A DNA stretch of 64,000 nt from Selaginella moellendorffii. Lineage: Eukaryota; Plantae; Lycopodiophyta. The notes beneath the pieces are model-generated. The model did no database searches, was not told the DNA's origin, and saw only the letters and a program-made list of their open reading frames with translations. The stretch spans positions 3,285,407 through 3,349,406 of the forward strand of contig NW_003314267.1 in NCBI RefSeq assembly GCF_000143415.4. The letters run 5' to 3'. Both the position numbers and the translations under genes were made by a program. Shown here piece by piece: positions 1 through 11,393 of this stretch (the stretch's first letter is position 1; every line of letters begins with the position of its first letter).

Positions 1-3000
1 TGAACCTACCCGATAGCCTAGGGAGTGGTTCCTCAATCTTGGGCATGCTCACCTTATAATCCCACACATCGGGATTAACGTTGCTGCTTATAGGCCTTTA
101 CATGCACATCACTAGCCTTGCCAAAATTCCATTTTTGGCTTTGTCCAATTCGGGTAGACAGTCTTCTTCTGTCTCCACAACCTTGGACATTTGGATAGCA
201 CCTACTATCCATCATTCGCTAGGGACTTAGTCCCTTGAGCCTTGTCTATTGCCATTGCGACACGAAACACCACTTCCTGGTGTTCTAGAGTGTTTGGGTG
301 TCCCAATGATAGGCTCCTGACAATGACCATTCCCGTTTACGACATTGACTTACTATATCGCAACATAAGCAATTTATCACTCGTAAGGGTATCTCTAACC
401 TCCTTATGCCATTAAGAAGTCTTGGGTAGCTACCTTTTACCCATTTAACCAATTATCTTGCACCTCTTACTTAGTTGCCCCATAGTTGTTAAGTCCTACA
501 ACTTATTGCTTGGTGCTTCCACACCTCCATCATTATCTGGGCCACCACACTCCAACCGCATGCCTTCCAGCTTAGGCCATGCCATTCCCGCTTCCGTTAG
601 GATTCCCTTGGCAAAGGGTTCTTATGAACTCACCATCATAACCTCAAGGTATCACACTTTGGCACATTTGATGTCTCCACACCATCGGCCCCACGAGCCT
701 ACCCTTATGATACTATTTATTAGTGTCTAGGTCTTTGCCAAGACCAATATAGTTGTTCCTCATGCTAACTATCTGTTAAAACTACACCATAGTGTTTGCA
801 CCTAACTCTGGGCCAAAGTTTCTTTCTTCTGGGAACATCTTTCCCACAACTTTAGTATGGCACATTCTGCCATTAATGAGATACCTACTATTCTCATACT
901 TGGATCTTATGATCCTCCCCATACCTCATGGGGCACCATACACCTCAATCCAAATGCTCCAACCAATCCCTTAAGACCATTCCCTGACTCCGCTTGAGTC
1001 ATCCAGCATTTTGGACTTTGCTAATCCAACAACCTGCAAGGTCTCAATCTTAGAGGTGCCAAATCACTGGAATACAACTTCTTGTATTCATGTCCTACTC
1101 ACAAGGACTGTTACTCCGACACTTAATGATTTTCTTGGGGCTAACCTTTGCCCCTTAGGACTACTTGTCCATGTGATGAGAATAGCAACTCATCTTTAAG
1201 TACACCCCCAACTCCTTGGGTTGTTTCAGCATTTATTAGAGGTAGCCCCGGCTACCATTTCAAGGATTGGTGTCCTCTTCTGTATTTGACCTCCCACGGT
1301 CAACAATTTTGGTCTCAAATTTATAAGTACTAGCCTCAACCATATAAGGGTAATTTTGTGACTCCTTTATTGTTTTGGAGTCTGCATCTTTCCCGTGATC
1401 TCAACTATAGTTGTTTACCACAACTACATTAGCTTGTTTGTTGCGTCAAACGCTTATCTGGATCACATCCTCAGCTCTCTAAGGAAACCCTTACACTGTT
1501 CCCAAGATCCCAAAGTCGTTCCCTTACTGGCCCTTTTCCATCCACCATATTGTGCACAAGTTCATGCATGAACTTGAGTGGAGAGCTTTCGACACGCTAC
1601 TCCTCGAGGATAGATCCATATCTAGGACCTTCTGATTCCAATACAAGCAGTGATACACTTGGCCACCAATAAGAGTCGGACTAAGGAACAGCTCCGATAC
1701 CAAGTTGTAAGCGACTAAATTTTCCATTCTACTTTAGTCACTTAACCACACCTCCAACCGTCTGGAGGAGTCTCACTCACAACCTCCATAAGTCCTATTT
1801 CAGACTTGGGCTTGCTAGCCCCGAGAATGGCATCCCCGCCACTCAACCTTTGCACTTGATCCAAGTGCTCCACGTGTCCAATCTCATAACCGACACCCCA
1901 AGGTACCACCGACATATTAGCCCGTTACGCTAAAGCCATGCCCCTTTTCCTTGGTCACACCAGTGGTCTAACACCACCTGCATCATAGTCCCATCTCTCA
2001 AGGACTGGGCCATCTATCCATAAGTGATCATTCCAGATCCATTCCTTAGCATCCTTAAGATGCCCACAGACATGGGGAATAGCCTTCCCCAATACCCCTT
2101 TTCCGGTCTTCACCAAGTCTTGTTCTGCCCATGGCCATGTTCGCCAACACTGCCATTGGATCGAGGCCCACAGGCCCGACCACTAAGTCCCACGGTCCTC
2201 TGGGACTTCCTCACCACTCGACTGTATCCTTGGTCACTACACCGGAGGACTACTCCTCTTCCTTTCCACAGTCTGGGCCTTTGGGACAACATTTCGGAAC
2301 ACCGTGGCCCTACGCAGGCCTCATGGGTACTCTCCTTGCCTTCCGCCTTTGGGTGCTCTAGCCATGGGCTTAGAGCGAGGTTCTGTTGAGCCATGCCTGG
2401 TATCCAAGTAGGTAGTGCCACCCACACTTGGACTGGGAGCATCGGCCAGTCGATCTCCCGAGGGAACTAGAGCCGGCTCTTGAACACTTCACCAAGCTAC
2501 CCCGCTTGTCGGTCCGTATTCACTCTAGTCTTGGACTTCCTAGTGGTCAGTTCATCACCCAACACTAGGTATGGCCTTCCTGGGCCAAACTAGCCTTTCC
2601 TGACCAAACGGTTAGTATTTGGACTCGGACTCAGACTCGAACTCGGACTCTGACTCGGTCTTGGTCCCAGTTTCAGACTTGGACTCGATCTCGGTCTCGG
2701 TCTCGGTCTCGGTCTCAATTCCATCTCGGACTCCATCTCGGGTTCCATCTCGGACTCCATCTCGGGTCCATCTCAGACTCCATCTCCGGTCCATCTCGGA
2801 CTCCATCTCGGGTCCATCTCGGACTCCATCTCGGACTCCATCTTGGGTCCATCTCGAACTCCATCTCAGACTCCATCTCAGGCTCCACTTTGGACTCCAT
2901 CTCGGATCCATCTCGGACTCCACTTCGGGTCCATCTCGGACTCCACTTTGGGTCCATCTCGGACTCCACCTCAGACTCCAACTCGGGTCCATCTCGGACA

Positions 3001-3230
3001 CTTTCACGTGTCATGTGTTGGTCCTTTTGGGTCCCTTTTTGGAGCCTCTCTTATTGCTTGTTTCATGCTCATTCCTTGAGCACTTCGTTGGGAGTTCCAC
3101 TCCCGCTCTCAACCTCTCAAGTCAGAGCTTTTTAGTCCAAACGTGTTACACTCGTTTGGCTTTTGCTTCGGCCACTACCACGTGGCACCCTTTCGGCTCC
3201 ACTTTGGGGCTTAGGGATTTGTGTCTCACA
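1..3230 (-). mobile_element. Family A non-coding LTR retroelement (LARD-like), copy 1: 5' LTR 1706-3230 plus internal region running off the left edge; nested inside copy 2
   Basis: LTR TGTGAGACAC...GCTTACA on the minus strand (1706-3230), with iMet PBS TGGTATCGGAGC at 1691-1702. Bases 1-1705 are the reverse complement of the internal region at ~37310-39035. Bases 3231-3415 continue the internal region of copy 2. Confidence 0.9.
2612..3000 (-). repeat. LTR-internal tandem array of GAGATGGA(GT/C)CC 11-12-mers and GAG(T/A)CC 6-mers
   Basis: Visible iteration of CTCCATCTCGG(A/G) and GACTCG. The same array recurs in every family A LTR. Confidence 0.95.
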
Positions 3231-6200
3231 ATTGCCCCTTTCTATCTACCATATTGCCTACTAATTCACACATAAACTATAGTGGAGAGCTATGTCCTCT
3301 AACATGTTACTCCTTAAGTATAGCCCACTTTTGGGACCTTCCAATGTCATTATTAAATGGTGATATACTTGACCGCTAATAAAAGTTAAACTAAAGAACA
3401 ACTTTGAAACCAAGTTATAAATGACTAATTTTTCCATTTTACTTTAGTTATTTAATCACACCTTTGACCATTTGGAGGAGTCTCACTCACAACTTCCATA
3501 AGTCCTATTCAGGACTTAGGGACATGTTAGCCCCATGAATGACATTTATGCCAGTTAGCCTTTACACTCCAACATATTAGCCTGCTATGTTAAGGCCATG
3601 CCCATTCACCTTTGTCACATCAGTAATCCAAAATCATCTACATCACAATCTCATCTCTCAATAACTAGGTTATCCGTCTCTGAGTGGTCATCCTTTGACC
3701 ACACCTTAGCACCCCTAGGATGCCCAAAAACATGGGAAACACCATTCCCCAATGTCCCTTCTTCTGTCCCCACTAAGTCCCTCTTCATCCACGGCCGTGG
3801 TCATCCTTTGACCACACTTTAGCACTCCTAGGATGCCCAAAGACATAGGAAACATTATTCCCTAATGTCCCTTCTTCTGTCCCCACCAAGTCCCTTTTCA
3901 TCCACAGCTGTGCTCACTAACACCACGATTGGGTCAAGGCCCAAAGGCCCAACCACTATGTCCCACTTGTAAGGAACCAACTCTCTGAGGTGTCGTAGGA
4001 TAAAAGATCCCCAAAAGCACGACCGAAATGATAAAGAGTTCATCGGATGGGACCAAGTCTGAGATCAAGTTGAAGACTGACTCTAAGACCGAGTTCGAGA
4101 TAGATTCTGGGATTGAGTCCAAGGCTAACTCTGAGACCTAGTTCAAGACCAAGTTCGAGACAGAGTTCGAGATCCGAGATCGGGTCCGAGACTGAGTTCG
4201 AGGTCGAGTCCGAGGTTGAGCCTAAGATCAGGTCCAAGGTCGAGTCCAAGATCGAGTCCGAGACCGAGTCCGAAGTCGAGTCCAAGATTGAGTCTGAGAT
4301 CGAGATAGAGTCTGGGATCGAGTCCAAGGCCGACTCTGAGACCTAGTTCGAGACTGAGTTTGAGACCGAGTTCAAGACAGAGTTCGAGATCCGAGATCGT
4401 GTCTGAAACCGAGTCCGAGGTCGAGTCCAAGATCGGGTCTGAGGTTGAGTCTGAGATCGAGTTTGAGACCGAGTCCAAAGTCAGGTCCAAGATCGAGTCC
4501 GAGATCAAGTTCGAGACCAAGTCCAAGTACTAATACAGGTTGAGGGGTGAAAGCCCAAAGCGTGTGTCTCCCAGGGGGGGGGTGCTGCAGGGTTCTAAAA
4601 GTATAGTAGGGATAGTGAGGTCTAGGAACCAATATTGAAGGAACTCTCTAGTAGTGCTTCCAAACTAACTTGAGGTTGAAATTGGGACCGAGGGGCCTTG
4701 GGTGTGAGCATGGACTCGGGTGGTGCTGGAGGAGCCACCCAAGGAAGTGCTCAAGAGTAGCTCCCACTCCCAGAAGGGAAACTGACTGCGGTGCTCTCAG
4801 CTTATATGGAGTAGTGCCCCACTTGAGTACCTTGCGGCTCATTGGTCCTCGCTCTTCCTAGGGGCTTAGGCCTTCCCTTCGGGATGGAAGTGGGGGGGTA
4901 GAGGTACCCATACCGGGCCGTTAGGCCACAGTGTTTCACCCCAGCATCTTGAAGCAAGTGTTGCACCCAAGGCTTGGGATTTAGAGGGTCCCATGATCAA
5001 GTCTTGTTGTACCAAACGATGTTAGGAACCTAGAGGCTTGGTGTGTTTGGCTGCTTGTGCCTGCAGGGAGTGTAGCTGAACCTTAAGTCTAGTTTAACCT
5101 AGGGAAGGGGATTGGGAGAGATTTGGGAATCCGTGGATGGATGGCTAACGCTCTATTGCTCATGTAGTGAGTAGCTAAAACTAAGTAGGACCAAGTAGGA
5201 GCTGGTATAATAGGCGGGAACCTTGGCGAAGGAAGTTAGCTAAAGCCAAGGCAGTGTTGGTTAGATAAATAAGATAAATTGGCAAATTGGAAAGGAAAAA
5301 TTTGTGGCTTACACTAGTGTCTTTTGGGATTTCCTTACCATATGATTGTATCCTTGGTCACTACACTAGAGGACTACTCCTCTTCTTTTTAACAGTCTAG
5401 AACTTTGGAATGACATTTTGAAACATCGTGGCCATATATGAGCCTTGTGGGTACTCTCTTCACCTTCTGCCTTTAGGTGCCCTAGCCAAGAGTGAGGTTC
5501 CAATGAGCCACGTTAGGTATCCAAGTAGGTAGTGCCACCCACACTTGGATTGAGAGCATCGACTAGTTGATCTCTCGGGGGAGTTAAAGTCGGCTTTTGA
5601 ACATTTCACCAAGTTACCTCACTTATCTATCCATATTCACTTTAGCCTTAAACTCTTTAGTGATTATATCATCACCTAATATGTGGGTATAGCCTTCCTT
5701 GGTCACACTGGCCTTTTCAAGCTAGACTGGCTCCACTAGAGTCCTCCCCGTACCATACTTTTGAAGCTCACCAAACCCCCCAAGGTCTAGGAGATGAATA
5801 CTTTGGGCTTTCACTCTCAGACTTGGACTTGGACTCGAACTCAGACTCGAACTCGGTTTTGGTTTTAGTTTTAGTCTTGGTCTCAACCTTAATCTTGGTC
5901 TCAATCTTGGTCTTGACCTCAGACTCCATCTCAAGTCCGTCTAGGACTCTATTTTGGGTCTATCTCGGACTCCATCTTATGTCCATCTCAAACTCCATCT
6001 TGGACACCATCTTAGGTCCATCTTAGACTTTATCTCAAATCCTTCTCAGACTCCATTTTGGACTTTATCTTGGGTCCATCTTGGACTCCATCTCAGGTCC
6101 ATTTTGGACTCTATCTTGGGTCTATCTCGGATTCCATCTCGGGTCGTTCTCCGGCTCCATCTCGAATCCATCTTAGACTCCATCTTAAACTCCTTCTCAG

Positions 6201-6469
6201 GTCCATCTCGAGCTCCTTCTCAAATTTATCTTGGACTCCATTTCAACACTTCCACATATCATGTGTTAGTCCTTTTATGTCTCTTTTTTAGAGACTCACT
6301 TACTACTTGCTTCGTGGTTATTCCTCAAGGACTTTGCCACTCTCACTCTCGAATATCTAAGTCAAAGCTTTTAGTTCAAACATGTTACACTTGTTTGGCT
6401 TCTGCTTCGGCCACTGCCACGTAGCACCACTTTGGCTCCACTTTGGGGCTTAGGGATTTGTGTCTCACA
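3231..6469 (-). mobile_element. Family A copy 2 (older): 5' LTR 3416-6469 interrupted by a family B solo LTR; internal stub 3231-3415
   Basis: LTR terminus TGTCTCACA at 6461-6469. Degenerate opposite terminus and PBS at ~3400-3420. There is a ~115 bp internal tandem duplication at ~3685-3910. Confidence 0.8.
3968..5313 (+). mobile_element. Family B solo LTR (~1.35 kb)
   Basis: TGTAAGG...GGCTTACA termini, degenerate TSD (CCACT/CTAGT), and a 12-mer GAGTCCGAGATC-type array at ~4050-4525. Homologous to 50910-52126 (reverse complement) and 20349-22238. Confidence 0.85.
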
Positions 6470-6636
6470 GAAACACTCCTTGAACATTGTCCTATTTTCA
6501 TCCTTATTATTCCAGAAGTTTGCAATTTTTGATAACCTATGAATCCATCCATCTGCTATAAGGTTTTTGAAGTACTTATAAAAATTTAAGTGTATAGTAG
6601 TCAGCATAAAAAAATTTACAAAAAATAAAGTTTAAC

Positions 6637-6766
6637 TACTCTATAGGGTGGAGAGAGAAAATATTTAGGATCAGGTTATTTCTCTCTCTAGACCACAAGA
6701 TTCTCTATTGTGGTGGTAGAGAGAAACCATTTGGTCCCAAATAATCTCTCTCTACATTATGGAGCA
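6637..6766. repeat. ~130 bp imperfect inverted repeat (MITE-like hairpin)
   Basis: 6638-6698 pairs with 6708-6765 (ACCACAA/TTGTGGT stem, GAGAGAG/CTCTCTC blocks). Confidence 0.55.
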
Positions 6767-7388
6767 TTGAACAAAAATTGCATTTAGAACTGAATGAAAT
6801 GCATAAGAAAAAAAAACACATAAGAAAACAAATAAACAAAAAAAAGCCATACAATACATAAATCAGAACCAAATGCTACATAATTATATAAAACAAGGAG
6901 GATAAAAACATGATAGATAAAGAAGAAAAACCAAAAAAATGTAACTCAGTACCAAATGGTTATAAAGGATGGAAGCTTATATAAAAGCAAGTGGTTTGGA
7001 GGACCGATTCATGAATCTTGCATCCCAAGCACCATTGCTATTTGCCATTCCAAATATTTTGATCATATATTGACCCTTGATCTCTTTAAAGTACTCATGA
7101 ACATTATCTAGGCTTGATGATATGTGATCTTTTAAAAAAAGACAATTTGGAAATACCTTTTTTTATCTCATTTGATGCAAACTCCAAAATCTTGGTGATT
7201 CAAGCTTGTTATTGCACCAAAGACAAAAGTTATTATCATCCTTTGGCACCCCCAATTTTTCCATTGGTTTGGCTACTCCAAGAAGTCCACCAACCATTTG
7301 TCATGTGCCACTTGAGGAAAATTTGCCTTCCATGTCTGTCAAGTCAAAAGTAGTCACCATCTTTGTCCAGTTCTTCCCAAGGTGCACT

Positions 7389-8152
7389 TGTTATCATGGA
7401 AAAACAGGTGTTACGGAGAAAAGAAGGAAACAAAGGGGAAAAGGGGTTGGAATGGTGAAATCGCGAAAAGGTTGGCTCAGTTGAGTATTTGGTTGCCAGT
7501 CGGATTACAAGTCCAATGAGAATAGAAAGAGAGGCTACACGATTGGCCGGTCGTACAACTCCTCGATCCGCACTAAGAACTTGGCTGTCAACAGAACTGA
7601 AGGTGGGTAAGGATGGCACAGGCCACAGAATCAACAAAAACCCAGAATAAGTGAATGCATTGGTACAACAGAAAGTAAAACTAAGTGAAAGCTAAATGCA
7701 TCTTGGTGTCGATCCTGGAACACAGAGTAGGAAGTCAAATCTCACAAGCAGTTGATAAAGAAAAGTTTTATAGAGCTTTCCTTTGTGTAGAGTAGAGATG
7801 GGATAAAATTCTCACTCTCACAGCTAGCCTTTTTATACTAAGTCCTTGGCAACCGTGTCCGTGCTTGTTGCCATGGTCCTTTTGGGTTTGTGTCTGCAGT
7901 ATAGATGTTGTCATCTGGCAACCGCTCCTGGTAACCGCTTCTGGGTCATTTGTACCTGTCCGGTGTTCGAGTCTGTTGTAGAGTTGCTGCTGTAGAGTGT
8001 CGAACCGAGATCGCTGAGAAACTGAAGTTGGAGTCGTTGGGTTGGAACTTGGGCAGTTGGACCTTGAGTCCAACTGTTTGGGACTTAGCGGCATTTTGAT
8101 GTTTGAACTTGTGCTGCCAAATATTCCTTCTGTCCGACTTTTTCCTTTATCA
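7389..8152 (-). repeat. 3' LTR of the Gypsy element (764 bp)
   Basis: TGTTATCATGG...CCTTTATCA; direct repeat of 17315-18085. Confidence 0.95.
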
Positions 8153-8352
8153 CGCTCCCAGACTTAAATGACACTCCGTCCTCGGAGTGTGTAGATTGCT
8201 TGATCGATGTGCCTTTGTTTTGTACTTTTTGTTCATTTTTATGTGAAGCAATTTTCTCATGTAAATAGTTTTCTTTATTTCTCTTAGGTTTGAGCAGAAA
8301 GGAACTTGATAGACTTGACAGAAGTGAGCTTGTACCGGGTGAATTCCCCCTC

Positions 8353-10564
8353 TCAGTGTCCCTTGGTGCGAACAGGAGGGCGCGGCATGTTGCTGAAAAA
8401 CTGCTCATACCGTTCATTGGTCTCTCGGAGTTGGTGCAACTCCTCTTGCTCGTCTTCAGGCAGATCTGTGGTGGTAGGAAGGCGCTCCGACAGATTGGTG
8501 ATGGCTGTGAGGAGCTGTTTGTGGTGTTCTTCGATGAACTTCTGTACTCCAATCAGATGCCCCTCGAACTGGGACACTTTCTCCTCCATCGTACGGAGTC
8601 TTCCTTCCAACTTTTGGCTGATCTCCTCTTCGTGGGCCAGTGTCAGGAAGATCTGCGCCGTGTCCTTGTGCTGTTGGTGACAAGAAGGTCGAGCTTCTTG
8701 GCGTGGTTCCTCTCGGCCATCACCACGGTGTTTGCGGTGTTCACCCTTGCCGTTGTGGGGTGGGGAATGTGCTCGCTTGCACGTCTCATCCTGCCAACTT
8801 GACGGGCGCTCCACCTCCATGGGTCACACGTCGGGTACAGCCTCCTGCTGTCCGTTCTCCGGCAGTGGTGCCGGTGGTACACGCTCCAACACCTGATGTC
8901 GTCCCATCTCCTCTTCGGCGTTTGGGGCGGTTGGATGGAGCAATACTTGGGCAGGCTGCAGTTCCGGTTCTTGAGCGAACCCACCCCATGGGTCCGCTGG
9001 AACTTCCTCCTCCTGTCTTTCCTGGTGGTGCTCTTGCTCCATATCTGTCACCTCCGTGGCTCTGACTACTGGTATCTCGAAAGGTGGTGCAGAACTCCGT
9101 AAGGGAGTTGGGGAGTTTGCAGAAGTGGGGTGGACAGGTATTACCTCAATGTGAGCTCCTCGGGGTGTAGCGGGCAGTCGTGCTGCTGCTGAACCGCCTG
9201 CTCCTCGGCCTCCTGCTTTCTTGGCCCTCGGCTCTGCTGGTGCTTTTCCCGTCCTTGCCCTGCAAACTGCTTGCGCACTTATAAGGAGTTGCCTTTCTTG
9301 ATTTACTTGCTAACGTGGGCAATCCCAATCCATCAACACCGTTCTTGGAGTTGGCGTTGATGGGTTACCGTTTAGGGCTTGCTGCTGCTTACGTGTCATA
9401 ATATCTGGATGATTTGACGTGGAATCGGACGCACAGCTGGTGGAGGGTATCCGGTCGTGGAACCGGATGTGTTCGAGCCGTCTTGTCGAAGTAGAGCTGA
9501 ACTCCCTCCTTGGACGAGGTGTCGATGTACAGTCCACCCCATCCCGATCCTGCCGCTGGTCCATCTTCTTCACCTGCGTCTGTCTCTTCCTCTTCAATCC
9601 CTGTGACCACTCGGTCTGTGGGTTCCCCCGGCTTTAAAAGTTGGAACAGGCCATCCTCCTCCGTCTCCACACGATTGAAAAATGCCATAGTTGTCTGATG
9701 ATCCGGGACGTTGGTCAGCATTCTGTAGGGCCGAAACTTGTAGTAGTCCCCAACCCTCAGATCAAGGAATGTAGACATGTGAGCCAGAAGGTAGAGGATG
9801 GTGTCGCCACCATTGTTCTTCATCATCAACTTCCTCGCCGTCTCGACTACTCGGAAAAACAACCCCCAAAAAATCATAGCCCAGTTCATGAACCGATTCC
9901 GATCTGCTGCGATGAACACCCACAGCACGTTGATGGGGACGCTCTTTGGGTTGTTCCTGCACCCCATGATCACACTAAGAGGGTGAAGTACTGCTACCAC
10001 CTTGGCACAGAACTCGGATAGCTGCAGCCCCCTGGTCTTTGCTCTCCTTGTGAGATGTTCCTCCCAGGTCGTCCCCTCCTTCAGGTACGGCCTATACTCG
10101 TTGTAGATCTTCGACGGCGGTTCCTCCATCTCATACACCTCGTTAGGGAACTCGAACACCTTGCTGAAGAACTTGTTATTCAACAGGATCTCTTTACCGT
10201 AGAGCCAGATGGTTCCCCTGCTTGGATCCATCGCCATCATCATCTGCGAGTAAAACTGCTCTTCCTCCGGAGATGGTCCGATCAACCCTTCTCTGAGCAA
10301 TTTGAAGTTACCTCCCAGTTCGCGGTCGTTGAACTAGGCACTGTCGGTGTTCTTCCCCTCGCACCTTGCCTTCTTCGCCTTGAGTGGTAGGAGAGAAGAA
10401 CTTGTGATTGCCGTCATCCTGGTTGCATTTTCTCTGATGGTGAACACTGTCAAAAATGCAACCATCGGCTCCGACTTAGAAACCCTAATCGCGTTTTCCT
10501 CCGTCGGAACTTCTTTTGGCTTTTCCTCCCCTAAACGACGATTCATCCTGACCGTTACTTCCAC
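8353..10564 (-). pseudogene. Extra ORF 2 of the Gypsy: Athila-ORF1/'plant transposon protein'-like domain, low-complexity linker and C-terminal coiled coil
   Basis: ORF pieces 10334-10564, 9389-10300 (IWLYGKEILLN..FSKVFEFP...FMNWAMIF), 9146-9328, 8824-9051 and 8353-8820 (heptad-rich HEEEISQKLEGRLRTMEEKVSQFE) join through stops and frameshifts. Confidence 0.7.
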
Positions 10565-11393
10565 ATGCCACGGTTGAGGTCCTTCTTTGGTGCGAAAAAT
10601 GGTTGCCCACAGAAAAATAATTGGGACTTAATATCTTGGCCACCGTGCAGCGAAATTAATCGTCTTAATTTGGGCTCCGTCGTAATAATAGTGTAGAGTA
10701 GGTGTCCCCACTGTGATTGGATTGGGATGCGTCCCCCGATATCTCTCGCTTCTTGCACCCGCTGCACTGCATTAACCATCGGCTTTAAAAGTATGCTCGC
10801 CCAATCAATAGGATATTCATTGTGGAAGTGGTGAAAGATCCACATCACTTCCAGTCTAACTCCTTGTAGTCCATCCTCATAATCAACGCGTGTGCCAGTG
10901 TGACTATCCGTCTTCGGAATCCAGGTGCCAATGCCTTCTTGCCGTAGGACAAACGGGTTGTACTCCCCAGATCCTTCGTCCGTAAATACGGTTCCAACCA
11001 CTTGGTGTCAGTTGGAATTTCTCGTGTAGGATCGACTTCTCCTCCTACCTGAGGAATGTCGAACGCCTTTCGAATTTTCGCTTTGGTCACCGGTGTTTCT
11101 CTTGCTTCAAAACACAACATCTTTTTCTCCACGTTGAATCCTCTGATCGCATACTCCGTATCTCCTGATTGATGTTGACTTGATGTTGTGCATACTTGTG
11201 CAACGGTGTCCTCATGATCCAATGCTAATCGAACTCCTTTTCCGGTTTTCCATACGTATCCTGCAGTTTCATCTTAACTTCCATTTCGCCAGTGTCTTCA
11301 TCGCTCAATTCCTCCCAATGTACTTCCGTACACCAGCCTTCTACTTCGGCTTCTTCCTCCTCTCGCTCCTTTTCTGACCGGACTCCTCTTCAT
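10555..11393 (-). pseudogene. Extra ORF 1 of the Gypsy: second Athila-ORF1-like domain (frameshifted)
   Basis: 10845-11222 (VTKAKIRKAFDIP) frameshifts into 10555-11001 (YPIDWASILL...WGHLLYTII). This is the same motif pattern as extra ORF 2. Confidence 0.65.

Noticed and set aside
2612-3275. Long ORFs such as MESEMDPRWSPRW / SRTPSR repeats (also at 4040-4526, 35827-36534, 43221-43556, 48492-48840, 51798-52094)
   Set aside because: They are translations of stop-poor LTR tandem arrays, open in several frames on both strands, and are not genes.
8085-9102. Plus-strand and alternative-frame ORFs of 120-170 aa in the Gypsy 3' region
   Set aside because: They are antisense or shadow frames of extra ORF 2 and have no motifs.
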